From assembly GCA_028711705.1 (NCBI GenBank), contig JAQTRS010000003.1:109966-173965 (forward strand): 64,000 nt of DNA, written 5' to 3'. The position numbers and the translations under genes were made by a program. The notes under the pieces were generated by a model. That model worked only from the letters and a program-made list of their open reading frames with translations. It did not search any database and was not told where the DNA came from. Of the stretch, positions 35,292 to 45,100 are shown piece after piece. Every line of letters begins with the position of its first letter. Within the stretch, counting starts at the first letter, position 1. The stretch comes from Candidatus Moraniibacteriota bacterium. Its GTDB lineage: Bacteria > Patescibacteriota > Minisyncoccia > Moranbacterales > UBA1568.

Positions 35292-36365
35292 ATGACCATG
35301 CATCAATCCATACGAACCTCTATTCAGAAACTCTTTTCCTTGCAGGTCGGTTTTTTTCTTATTCTCGCTTTGCCTGCGAGTACGAATTATAAGTTGAAGG
35401 ATTTCGGTATCGGAAGCGGCGGTTCCTCGACAGCTGCTTCCGCGAATTATAAGGCGGATGTAATAAGCGGCGAAACGGATAATGGCAACCTTACCGGAAC
35501 GACGTATAATTTAGGAACCGGACTTGCGTTTACCAATCAGGCCGATGTTCCGGCGGCGCCGACATTCACCAACCCGAGTAACTATTACAATAAGCTCAAG
35601 ATCGTTCTTGACGCGTCGAGCAATGCGACGGATACGAAATTCGCGATCGCTATCAGCCCCGATGATTTCGTGACGACGTACTATGTGCAAAGCGACGCCG
35701 CTATCGGTATGACATTGGGATCCGAGGACTATCAAACCTCTACCGGCTGGGGGAGTGCATCCGGGACGATCATCATCGGTTTGACGCCGAATACGACCTA
35801 TAAAGCGAAAGTAAAGGCGATGCAGGGGGATTTCACGGAAACGGGCTATGGGCCGATCGCCACCGCATCCACGATCAATCCGACTATGACCTTCGATATC
35901 GACGTATCGGCAACGGATACGGATACCAGTCCGCCATTCACGATCAATCTCGGTGACTTAATAGCCAGCACTATCACGGACGGGCCCCAGAAAATATGGG
36001 TTGATTTCTCGACCAACGGGGAGCTTGGCGGACGGGTGTATGTGGTCGCGCAAAATGCGGGGTTGCAAAGTGTTGCGGCGAGCTACAAAATCAATGCGGT
36101 TACAGGAAATCTCTCTGCCTTACCGCAAGGATTCGGTGCGCAGGGATCCTCGGTGGCTAATGGATTATCGATTGCTACGCTGTATGATCTTTCGGGGGAT
36201 AATGTCGGTGTGACAGATACCAACATCCGTGAAATATTTTCTTCAACGTCTCCGACGACAGGAGGACGAGGGTCATTTCTTCTCAAGGCGAAGTCGGCAG
36301 CCACTACGCCATCAGCGAGCGATTATGCGGAAACACTTACTGTTATCGCATCCGCAAGTTTCTGA
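35292..36365 (+). CDS. secreted Thr/Ser-rich surface protein (paralog A1)
   Basis: Signal peptide and a beta-rich T/S/G/N-rich body. C-terminal motif SDYAETLTVIASASF, shared with the 36469 protein (TDYTDTLTVVAAGRF). Confidence 0.55.
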   Translation: MTMHQSIRTSIQKLFSLQVGFFLILALPASTNYKLKDFGIGSGGSSTAASANYKADVISGETDNGNLTGTTYNLGTGLAFTNQADVPAAPTFTNPSNYYNKLKIVLDASSNATDTKFAIAISPDDFVTTYYVQSDAAIGMTLGSEDYQTSTGWGSASGTIIIGLTPNTTYKAKVKAMQGDFTETGYGPIATASTINPTMTFDIDVSATDTDTSPPFTINLGDLIASTITDGPQKIWVDFSTNGELGGRVYVVAQNAGLQSVAASYKINAVTGNLSALPQGFGAQGSSVANGLSIATLYDLSGDNVGVTDTNIREIFSSTSPTTGGRGSFLLKAKSAATTPSASDYAETLTVIASASF

Positions 36366-36468
36366 TTCATGTTCTTTGACAGTATTTTCGTGCATGTTAT
36401 ACTGTAATAAATTAGGTATAAAAATAAAATAAAACAATATGTACCGTGAGATATCCTTAGGAAATGGC

Positions 36469-37497
36469 ATGCGCAAAATCTCTTTCAGCAGCATAGTTGT
36501 TTTCGTTTTGGTTTTGATTCTACCGATACTTTTTTCCGAAGAAGCTCATGCTGCCGGTTTGCAGCAGGCCTATGTCCGCCTCGATCGTTTGGCGGATGGT
36601 GCTACGACCGGGGGGATGGTGTGCGCCAAGTCCGCTACCGCTTCGGTAGAAACGACCGTCAAAGTTACGTTCCCGTCCGGTTTCGCCACGGTGGATACTC
36701 CGGCCAATTGGACGGTGACTACGACTAATATCCCTGCGGATGCGACAGCGTGGATCGGTATCGGTACCGCTTCGGCGGCTTCTGGTCAGGATGTCACGTT
36801 CCCGAGCGGCGATATGGTAGTGGGCACGCTGTATTGCTTCAACTTTACGGGGACAAGCACGCTGACAAACGCCTCTGCTGCGAATAATCTGGTAGGTACG
36901 ATCACGACGCAACTCGCCGGCCCGACTGCTATCGATAGTTCGAGTTATGCACTGTCTATCGTTACGAATGATCAAATCGTCGTATCTGCATCCGTACCTG
37001 CGACATTCTCTTTCGCTTTGAGTGGAAATACTGATACTATGGGTACGTTGTCCACTACGACCGCTTCTTCTACTGGTAAGACCGTGACCATCGGAACTAA
37101 CGCCGCAAGCGGATGGGTGGCCTGGGTTAAAAGCGCCAACGCCGCATTGAATTCTGCCTCGACCGGTGCAACTATCGCTACGGCCGGAACGGTGAATAAT
37201 GCTCCATCGGATCTGGCTGCGCTTACCGGGTATGTGTTGGACGTTGACGTCACGACCGATAGTGCCACTGGTACGGGTTCTGTAACTCAGGCTTCTGATT
37301 ACGGTGCGGAATATAATGGAACCAATACGACTTCCGGAGGTACGCTTTCGACAACCTTCCAGCCGATCGCCGCTTCGAGCGGAACGACCGATGGGGATGT
37401 GCTGACCCTCATAGAACGTGCGAAGATCAGCGCTGTCCAGGGCGCTGCCACCGACTATACGGATACCTTGACCGTGGTGGCTGCCGGACGCTTTTAG
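36469..37497 (+). CDS. secreted Thr/Ser-rich surface protein (paralog A2)
   Basis: Signal peptide MRKISFSSIVVFVLVLILPILFSEEAHA. Same composition and C-terminal motif as the 35292 protein. Confidence 0.55.
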   Translation: MRKISFSSIVVFVLVLILPILFSEEAHAAGLQQAYVRLDRLADGATTGGMVCAKSATASVETTVKVTFPSGFATVDTPANWTVTTTNIPADATAWIGIGTASAASGQDVTFPSGDMVVGTLYCFNFTGTSTLTNASAANNLVGTITTQLAGPTAIDSSSYALSIVTNDQIVVSASVPATFSFALSGNTDTMGTLSTTTASSTGKTVTIGTNAASGWVAWVKSANAALNSASTGATIATAGTVNNAPSDLAALTGYVLDVDVTTDSATGTGSVTQASDYGAEYNGTNTTSGGTLSTTFQPIAASSGTTDGDVLTLIERAKISAVQGAATDYTDTLTVVAAGRF

Positions 37498-37568
37498 GCT
37501 CAAGATATGGTATATATAAAAGGATTCCGGTTCCGTCGGAATCCTTTTTACTTTGAGAGAATGTTCGG

Positions 37569-38651
37569 TTGTTGTATACTGGTGATATTATGAATCATAT
37601 GCGCTTCCAGAATAACAAAGCACTCTTTTTAGGTCTTGTTTTTGTTTTCATCCTCATCCTTTTTCCGTTACCGTCCTCTGCTGCCGATGGCAGTCTTCAT
37701 CTCGTCACATCGCCGTTGCCTATCAACCTGGTCACGACACCAGGCTCTTCCGTCACGACCCCTATCAAGATCAAAAACGGAGGCACACAAACAGAACAGC
37801 TCAAGATTACCTTGATGAAATTCAAGGCCTATGAATCCAATGGGCAACCGCAATTGATGGATCCGGAACCGACGGACGATTTCCTTACATGGGCTTCTTT
37901 TTCAGAAGATACGTTCACTGCTGCTCCCGATGAATGGAAAACTATCACCGCAACCTTCAATGTCCCGCAGGATGCGGCATTCGGATACTATTATGCTATT
38001 GTTTTTTCGCGTGCTCATGATGAAATTCCGACCGATTCGAAACAGACGGCCGTTGTGGGAGGCACCGCCGTTTTAGTGCTCCTCGAGGCCCGTGTCGATG
38101 ATGCGAAACGCTCCGTCGAGGTGACTGAATTCAGCACGGACAAGCAGATCTATGAATTCCTCCCGGCAACATTTACTGTCAAGCTCAAAAATACCGGCAG
38201 CGTTCATGTCGCGCCAAGAGGCAATATCTTCATCAACAAAGGAGATGAACATGACGTCGCGCTGCTTGAGATCAATGCCAATAAGGGGAATATCTTGCCC
38301 AATTCGACGAGAGATTTTAAGGAACCCTGGAAGGATGCTTTTCCGGTGTATGTGGAAAAAAAGCAGGATGGGAAAGTGGTCCTGGATGAAGCCGGCAACC
38401 AGGTGATGGAGCTTGTATGGGACTTCGGACAGGCTTCCAAACTCAGGTGGGGAAAGTATACCGCCAAGATGCTCCTCATTTACGATGATGGTCACCGGGA
38501 TGTCCCGATCGAAGGAGAGGTCTCCTTTTGGGTGGTGCCGTGGAGGTTGATCGGTGTCGGATTGTTCATCCTTGTTTTCGTGTTGATCGGTTTGAAGAAT
38601 ACACTGCAGAATATGTGGAAAAACGTGCACGGCTGGTTTGAGAAAAAGTAG
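37569..38651 (+). CDS. cell-surface protein, signal peptide + C-terminal TM anchor (paralog B1; DUF916/DUF3324-like architecture)
   Basis: Signal peptide, an ectodomain of about 300 aa with HVAPRGNIFI, and a C-terminal TM (LIGVGLFILVFVLIGL) with a short basic tail. Confidence 0.5.
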   Translation: MLYTGDIMNHMRFQNNKALFLGLVFVFILILFPLPSSAADGSLHLVTSPLPINLVTTPGSSVTTPIKIKNGGTQTEQLKITLMKFKAYESNGQPQLMDPEPTDDFLTWASFSEDTFTAAPDEWKTITATFNVPQDAAFGYYYAIVFSRAHDEIPTDSKQTAVVGGTAVLVLLEARVDDAKRSVEVTEFSTDKQIYEFLPATFTVKLKNTGSVHVAPRGNIFINKGDEHDVALLEINANKGNILPNSTRDFKEPWKDAFPVYVEKKQDGKVVLDEAGNQVMELVWDFGQASKLRWGKYTAKMLLIYDDGHRDVPIEGEVSFWVVPWRLIGVGLFILVFVLIGLKNTLQNMWKNVHGWFEKK

Positions 38652-38678
38652 GGTATAACAGTTGTATACTCAAATAGA

Positions 38679-39653
38679 ATGATGCGAATACGAATAATGG
38701 CAGGGAGGATATTTTTTGTGGCAAGCACGCTGTCTTGCTTCTTTGCGAGCCCGTTTTCCGCATGGGCTGATGAGGATCAAAAGGGGATATCGGTGAGCCC
38801 GATGTTTCAGGAAATATCGCTGGGCGAAGGACAATCGAGTCAGACATTTTCTATCGAAGCGTTCAATACGACCGATACCCTGATCACGCTGCGGTTGTCG
38901 GTGCTTGATTTCGGATCATTGGACGAGTCTGGCGGCGTGGCTTTTTTGGGTGCCGAACAGAACTTCGAAAAGCAGTACAGTATCGCTTCCTGGATACGGC
39001 TCGATCGCGACGCTCTGGTGCTCGGACCGGGCGAATCGCAGTCTGTTCAGGTAACCTTTGAAAACCGGGACTCGCTTTCTCCTGGCGGGCATTATGGCGC
39101 CGTCGTATTCAAGGTGGAGAATAGCGGTTCAGATACGGTGGATGAGAATGGCAAATCCAAGATCGCTATCAGCCAATCGTTTTCATCGCTCGTCTTCGCG
39201 AAGAAAGTCGGAGGGGTGCTCTATGATCTCAATATGCGCAGCGTTGAGAGAGAGACGAACTGGTTTCATCTGCCAGCAAGTATCACGACGCGCTTCCAGA
39301 ACAAGGGCAATGTGCACGTGGTACCACGAGGAACAATCGTTGTGACGGATCCTTTGGGAAAGGTTGTACAGAAGGGGGTTATCAATCCGGAGTCGGCCAT
39401 CATTTTGCCCGAAACATTCCGTTCGTACGTGACGCGACCGGTACTTTTAGGAGCCGCCCTTGTTCCGGGATACTATACGCTCACGACACAGTACCGCTAT
39501 GACGGGCGAGATGATGTCATTACGCATAGCTTTCGTTTTACGTATGTGCCGTTTTTTGAAATAGTCCCGATGATCGTGCTGCTCGGAGGTTTCGTGTGGT
39601 GGCGAAAGAAGAAAGTGGGCGCTGAAAAATCGAAAGTGAACCGTAGCGCATAG
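38679..39653 (+). CDS. cell-surface protein paralog B2
   Basis: Same architecture as the 37569 protein: HVVPRGTIVV, C-terminal TM IVPMIVLLGGFVWW and a KKK tail. Confidence 0.5.
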   Translation: MMRIRIMAGRIFFVASTLSCFFASPFSAWADEDQKGISVSPMFQEISLGEGQSSQTFSIEAFNTTDTLITLRLSVLDFGSLDESGGVAFLGAEQNFEKQYSIASWIRLDRDALVLGPGESQSVQVTFENRDSLSPGGHYGAVVFKVENSGSDTVDENGKSKIAISQSFSSLVFAKKVGGVLYDLNMRSVERETNWFHLPASITTRFQNKGNVHVVPRGTIVVTDPLGKVVQKGVINPESAIILPETFRSYVTRPVLLGAALVPGYYTLTTQYRYDGRDDVITHSFRFTYVPFFEIVPMIVLLGGFVWWRKKKVGAEKSKVNRSA

Positions 39654-39656
39654 CCT

Positions 39657-40286
39657 ATGAATGAAGAAGATATTCCTGAAGCAAAGCCGAAAAATATGGT
39701 GAAAAAGTTAGTATTCCTTTTGATGTGCGCGGCCATGTTTGCCGGCGTATGGATGGTGACGCGGATGCAACAACCTTCTCAGGGAGTCATCAGGAAGAGT
39801 CCGACACAAGTGAGTAGCGTGACAGCTCCGCCTCAGGAGAAGATCCGCCTCGAGGGAGAGTATCTTTCATTCGCGCATCTTTCTTCGTATACGCCGGTGG
39901 CGAAGCTTGAAGAATCAGAAGCGAAAGACGGAGAAGTTTCTGTCAAAAAACCGGGAGCATTCTTGCAATCCGATTTCCTTATCGCTTATACGGCCGCATC
40001 GTCCAAAAAAATAGCCGTTTCCGTAGAGTCCTTGCCGAGCAGCAATCTTGAGGATAATGCTTCGTTCAAATTTCGTATTTCGAGCCCAAAACTGTATACT
40101 CAAAGTATGGCTGATATCGGCAAAGAAAAAGTGATTCTCTTTGTGCGGGATGGGGATACGCGCGAGCAGTCGGTGTTTCTGAGACATAATGCTTTGGTGG
40201 TGCCGGTCGTTCTTTCCTCATCAAATACGAGTTTGGAATCTATGCGAGAGGAACTTCTGGCGATTGCCAACAGTGTCGAATGGTAA
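39657..40286 (+). CDS. membrane-anchored hypothetical protein
   Basis: N-terminal TM (LVFLLMCAAMFAGVWMV), then a soluble domain of about 170 aa. No recognised motif. Confidence 0.45.
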   Translation: MNEEDIPEAKPKNMVKKLVFLLMCAAMFAGVWMVTRMQQPSQGVIRKSPTQVSSVTAPPQEKIRLEGEYLSFAHLSSYTPVAKLEESEAKDGEVSVKKPGAFLQSDFLIAYTAASSKKIAVSVESLPSSNLEDNASFKFRISSPKLYTQSMADIGKEKVILFVRDGDTREQSVFLRHNALVVPVVLSSSNTSLESMREELLAIANSVEW

Positions 40287-40314
40287 TAGAGGCATTAAGT
40301 CAGTGTGCGAACGT

Positions 40315-41790
40315 ATGAAAAATAAAAAACAATTACAAAGAGCGAGGAAGTGGATGCGTCTGCACGTCGTTTTGACAGCGATCGCATTCGGGGTGTATTT
40401 TTTGGCGGCTTTTTTGTACAGTCCCCATTTTTTTCTCGTTGATCTGAAGGATAAAATATATGCCTTGGCGGATACAATCGGTGTGACCGCACGGGTTTTG
40501 GATGCGCCGGTTAAGCCGGTTGTGAGCGTTACGACGACATGCGATACCATTAAGGGAGAACTCTCCGTTACGGCAGATTGGGCGGATGATGAGAATTCAT
40601 ATACGTATGATATGTTTCGCGGTGGGAGTTTGCTTATGACCAACCTTACAAACTCATCATACAAGGATACCAATGTCACTGTTGGGACGAATTATGAGTA
40701 TTTCGTGGTAGCGAATGGGCCGATGGGTCCGGGAACGGCCACGTCCGATACCGTATCCATCACGACGCCTGCGGAGTGTATAAGGGTATTACCGAGTCCT
40801 TTGGTAGCGGCGACATCTATCGGTACTATGGATATCGCCGGACAATCCGGTGGGGCGCAGACGCTTGATCAGACCCCGTTGTTCTCCGGTACGACCAATA
40901 TTCCATTTGCTATTATCGATATCGTGGTTCATAGTAATGAAACTGTAGTGTTGCAGACAATCGCAAATGCTAATGGGTATTGGGAAATAGAGTCCCCTGT
41001 ACAGCTATCTTTCGGAGAACATACGATATATATCACTGCGACCGATCCTTCCGATAGTACGCGCACAGCAACGTATAATATCGTATTTTATGTGAATCAG
41101 GTGACAGCAGTGTCTGATAGCGATAGCGGGAATACGAGTAGTCATAGGAAGGCATCGCGATCACGGACGGTTTCGACCGCGTCTTCTTTATCTACGAAAC
41201 AATCATCGATACATACGATACCGACTTCGCCGGTCACGCCAGTTCTCATTCCTTTCGATTTCATTCTGCGTACTGAGGGCGACAATAGAACTTTTTTTCA
41301 GGGAAAAACGATCAGTGCGGAAGTAGCCATTACTCGGGTTGATGCGAATAATGCTTCTGCAGGAGGAACGATTCGTTATGCGCTTACGGATGGGGATGGC
41401 AATGCGGTCATATCTGTCGAAAAATCGATAGAAGGCTTGAGGGCAGGCAAAGTGATACGGGAAAGCATTCCGCTTCCTGCTGACTTGAAACAGGGTGAGT
41501 ATGTGTTGCTTGTTGAGTTTTCGAGTGGGAAATTCACTATCGTGAGGACGATGGATATTTCCGTTATGGAGCTGCCTTTGTCTGATCTTGGTGGCGGAGT
41601 TGTCATTACGTATCCGCAATTCGTGCGCAACATCGGATGGATCGCCTTCCTTTCACTCACATTATTGCTAGGATGGTTTTTGCTTTGGATCCGCGAATAT
41701 TGGTTGTACGCGCATGCAGCGCAGCATGTTGCTGAGAGGAATTTGGCTGGAAAAGGCCTTATAACGAAGAGAAAGGGGGTGTCTTCATAA
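40315..41790 (+). CDS. membrane protein with FN3/Ig-like extracellular domains
   Basis: N-terminal TM. FN3-like segment (YTYDMFRGGSLLMTNLTNSSYKDTNVTVGTNYEYFVVANG). C-terminal TM IGWIAFLSLTLLLGWFLLWI. ATG 40315 is preferred over the overlapping upstream start. Confidence 0.5.
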   Translation: MKNKKQLQRARKWMRLHVVLTAIAFGVYFLAAFLYSPHFFLVDLKDKIYALADTIGVTARVLDAPVKPVVSVTTTCDTIKGELSVTADWADDENSYTYDMFRGGSLLMTNLTNSSYKDTNVTVGTNYEYFVVANGPMGPGTATSDTVSITTPAECIRVLPSPLVAATSIGTMDIAGQSGGAQTLDQTPLFSGTTNIPFAIIDIVVHSNETVVLQTIANANGYWEIESPVQLSFGEHTIYITATDPSDSTRTATYNIVFYVNQVTAVSDSDSGNTSSHRKASRSRTVSTASSLSTKQSSIHTIPTSPVTPVLIPFDFILRTEGDNRTFFQGKTISAEVAITRVDANNASAGGTIRYALTDGDGNAVISVEKSIEGLRAGKVIRESIPLPADLKQGEYVLLVEFSSGKFTIVRTMDISVMELPLSDLGGGVVITYPQFVRNIGWIAFLSLTLLLGWFLLWIREYWLYAHAAQHVAERNLAGKGLITKRKGVSS

Positions 41791-41791
41791 T

Positions 41792-42109
41792 ATGGAAACT
41801 TTTTTAGTGGTAGCCGAGGCGATGACGATATTGGCGGCGATGATGTCGATAGTGTATACGGTTGGTATCGTATGGCGGGTGGAAAAAGAACTTGATGTGT
41901 CATATAAATTTTTCGCATTCGCTATCGTGTTTTTTTTGATTGCCGAACTTCTGAACGTGTATTATGTTGGACATGGTGTAAGCTTTGCTGTGGCTGAAAA
42001 ATTGAGCAAGGTCGTGTTTTCTGCATTGTTTTTGGTCGGGACCCTCTATATGCGCGATATTATCCGAAAACTCGACGGTGAAAAGCGGAAACAAAAGGGT
42101 AGGAAATAG
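41792..42109 (+). CDS. small membrane protein (hypothetical)
   Basis: 105 aa with three hydrophobic segments and a basic tail. No motif recognised. Confidence 0.35.
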   Translation: METFLVVAEAMTILAAMMSIVYTVGIVWRVEKELDVSYKFFAFAIVFFLIAELLNVYYVGHGVSFAVAEKLSKVVFSALFLVGTLYMRDIIRKLDGEKRKQKGRK

Positions 42110-42195
42110 CCACAAAAAGTACGTGTATCAAAAATCCGGCAATCGACCGGATTTTTTCATTTTTTATTTGTTGCGCCGATGTATTTTATGGTATT

Positions 42196-45100
42196 ATGAA
42201 GGAGGAAAATCATACAAAAATGAAGAACACATATCGATTCCGGTTTCTGGCATTTCTCGCTATCTTTTTAGTGGTTGGTTTTTTTGTTTCTACTCAGGAG
42301 TATTCGTTTGCGGCGACCGGTACGAACAAGAAAATAAATTTTCAAGGAAAGGTGGTCAATAGCAACGGAACTAATGTTGCTAACGGATCATACGGCTTTA
42401 TTTTCAGCATTTATACCGTTTCAAGCGGTGGCGCGAATGTGTGGACGGAAAGCAAATCCCTGACCGTGACCGACGGTATTTTCCAGACTGACTTAGGGGA
42501 TGTTACTACGCTTCCAGGATCTATCGACTTCAATACGGACAACATTTACCTTGGTATCAATTTCAACGGTGATGGCGAGATGTCGCCACGTGTGCAATTC
42601 GATGCCGTTCCTCAGGCATTCAACGCTCAGAAAGTAGCAGGACTTACAGTAACCGACACGACGGGCACACTGACGATTCCGAATGGTAAAACCATTTCTT
42701 TCGCGGATACTTTTTCAACTTCCGGTGCTTTCGCAACGACGCTTACTGCAACCGGAACAACCACTGTGACGCTTCCGACCACCGGGACACTTGCGACGTT
42801 ATCAGGCAGTGAGATTTTGAACAACAAAACCATCGGAAGCGCAGGCCTTATTTTTTCGGGAGCGGCTACGGATATCACGACTACTTCTGGAGAATCATTG
42901 GTGATTGTTGCGGCCGGTGCAGGAACGGTAGATATTCAGGACGCCACTACCGTTGACTCGCTTACCGCGGATACGGGGGGTATTTCTATTGCCGCCGGTC
43001 AATCGTATACGGGTTCGGGCGCGGTGACGCTTTCATCAGGAGGTGCTGCCGGTCTGACGATCGATTCTGCATCAGATGTGCTTACAGTGGCCACGGGAGA
43101 CTATCTTGCACTGAGTCATTCCGGCGTTGCGAGCGCCGCGGCAGGATATATCTGGTATGATTCGGGGGATAATAAATTCAAGATCAACGAAAACGGTACG
43201 ACCAAGACGTTATGTAATCTTACAGACGGTGGCTGCGGATCGGGTGGCGCGAGCGATCTGCAGACAACGTATGGTAATGATGCTGATGGATCGAATGCTA
43301 CGATTTCACTGACGGCTGCCGATGATGGTTTGGTCTTCACTAATCCGACCTCCGGTGGTACGGATGCGAGCTCTTTCCTTGCTTATTTCAACCAGCAGAA
43401 TACGACGGCCGCTGTATCGGCAGTCGATATTACTCAGGCTTCCAATGCTTCCAATGCGGTCAATATTACAGCCAATGCTATCGATGGCGAGATAGGACTT
43501 GATATCACGGCTAACGGTCTGACGTCGGGTAAGGGTATAGATGTCTCGTCATCATCGACTGCATTTACAGGCAATCTTTCCAATATATCTTTGACAGGAT
43601 CCAGTGCTGCTAATACCGGTAATGTGCTTGCGGTGTCAAATACTGGTACGGCGAATGCTAACACCTCGTTTTTTATCAATCATCAGGCAACTGGAACTGG
43701 CAATCTCGCTATGCGCGTGGATGATCAATCAAGTGATGCGACGCCGTTCGTTATCGATGGCAATGGCAATGTCGGCATCCAAACGAGTGCGCCTACAGAT
43801 GCTCTTCAGGTGGGAAGTGCGACGAATCGTGCCAATATGACAGCTTATGGTGATATTACGGCGGAAGGATATGATGTCCAACGCAGTCTGGCCGGCATCA
43901 TTGATATCTTTGTGTATGATACGACGCGTGATGCGGATGGCGGGGAATGGCGCAACTCGATCATTTCACAGCAGATGTCTTGGGCGACGGAAACCAAAGA
44001 TGATGGTATCGGCGATGCTTGCGATATCGCAGCTGATGATCGCTGCGGCAAGTCGATTTTTCCTCGTAAGGCGATTATAGCTACTACAGCGAGCGGCCTG
44101 TATATTTTTGATGGTGCGGACAATTCGCTATGGATGAAGTTTACCCAAGCAGGTACGTATGCTTTGGGTGCAGATACGAATAATAACCCGACAGGAGTGG
44201 GTGCGCAGAATGGTGTCATAGTAGTCGGAACCAATGGCACATCGGCTACCGGTATGTACGCTTTCGATTTTAAGCAGGATGCGATGTATCGTTATGATGC
44301 AACGAATCGCGTGCAGGGTGATAAAAATATCGGCAATCGAAATTCGACGGTGTCCTACGCGACCAATGCGAATACAAATTTTGCTCTTGTGAACTCGGTT
44401 GTTAATGATGTTTCGATCGCACTCATCACTTCATCGACTGAAGGTATGATCAACACGTTGACGCTACCATTAGATAGCGCAACAAGTCCGATGCGAGGCG
44501 TGACGCTTATTGCTGCAGCGACGGATACGGGGGTTTCCGTCGTCAATACTGCCAATCAAAGAGTGTTTAGTTATTCGGAAACGACAAACGATGACTATAA
44601 TCAGGTTGTCATCACAAGCCGTGGAAGGATGTATGCGACCAATGAGACCCAGCAGCAATTAGAAGAATGGAGAAATATCGATAGGGATGTGGCATCGGAA
44701 CTCAACGGAAACCCGGATCGATTCTATGATCAGACTGTCGGACGATCACCTATTACAACAGGAACGGCACCGACTATTTCCACTTCGCCCGGAACCCTTG
44801 CCGTTATCGAACGAAACTCAGCTGCTCGCGAATCAGCTGCTACAACCCTTCTTGAGACTGGTGATATCGTTTTTGTCGGTACGGATCAGGGTTTGGCCGA
44901 AGTGCATACTTCGGGAGGAAGCCTTGTTGGCGCCGCATGGTCCAAAATAACAACTTCGACGGTAGCGACTCCGTATATGGTCGGCGCTGCACGCTCAGTC
45001 TATCTTTTTGAGGAGGCTGCCGGTTCGACGGTCGCAGCAAGTTCTATCGGTGCGGCCGGTACGACCAATAACCCACTTAGATCAGCAGTGACAGGAACTG

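Noticed and set aside
36520-37503. 327-aa Arg/Ser/Gly-rich ORF on minus strand
   Set aside because: It is antisense to the secreted paralog A2 gene, and its composition is an artefact of the GC-rich Thr/Ala/Gly codons on the sense strand.
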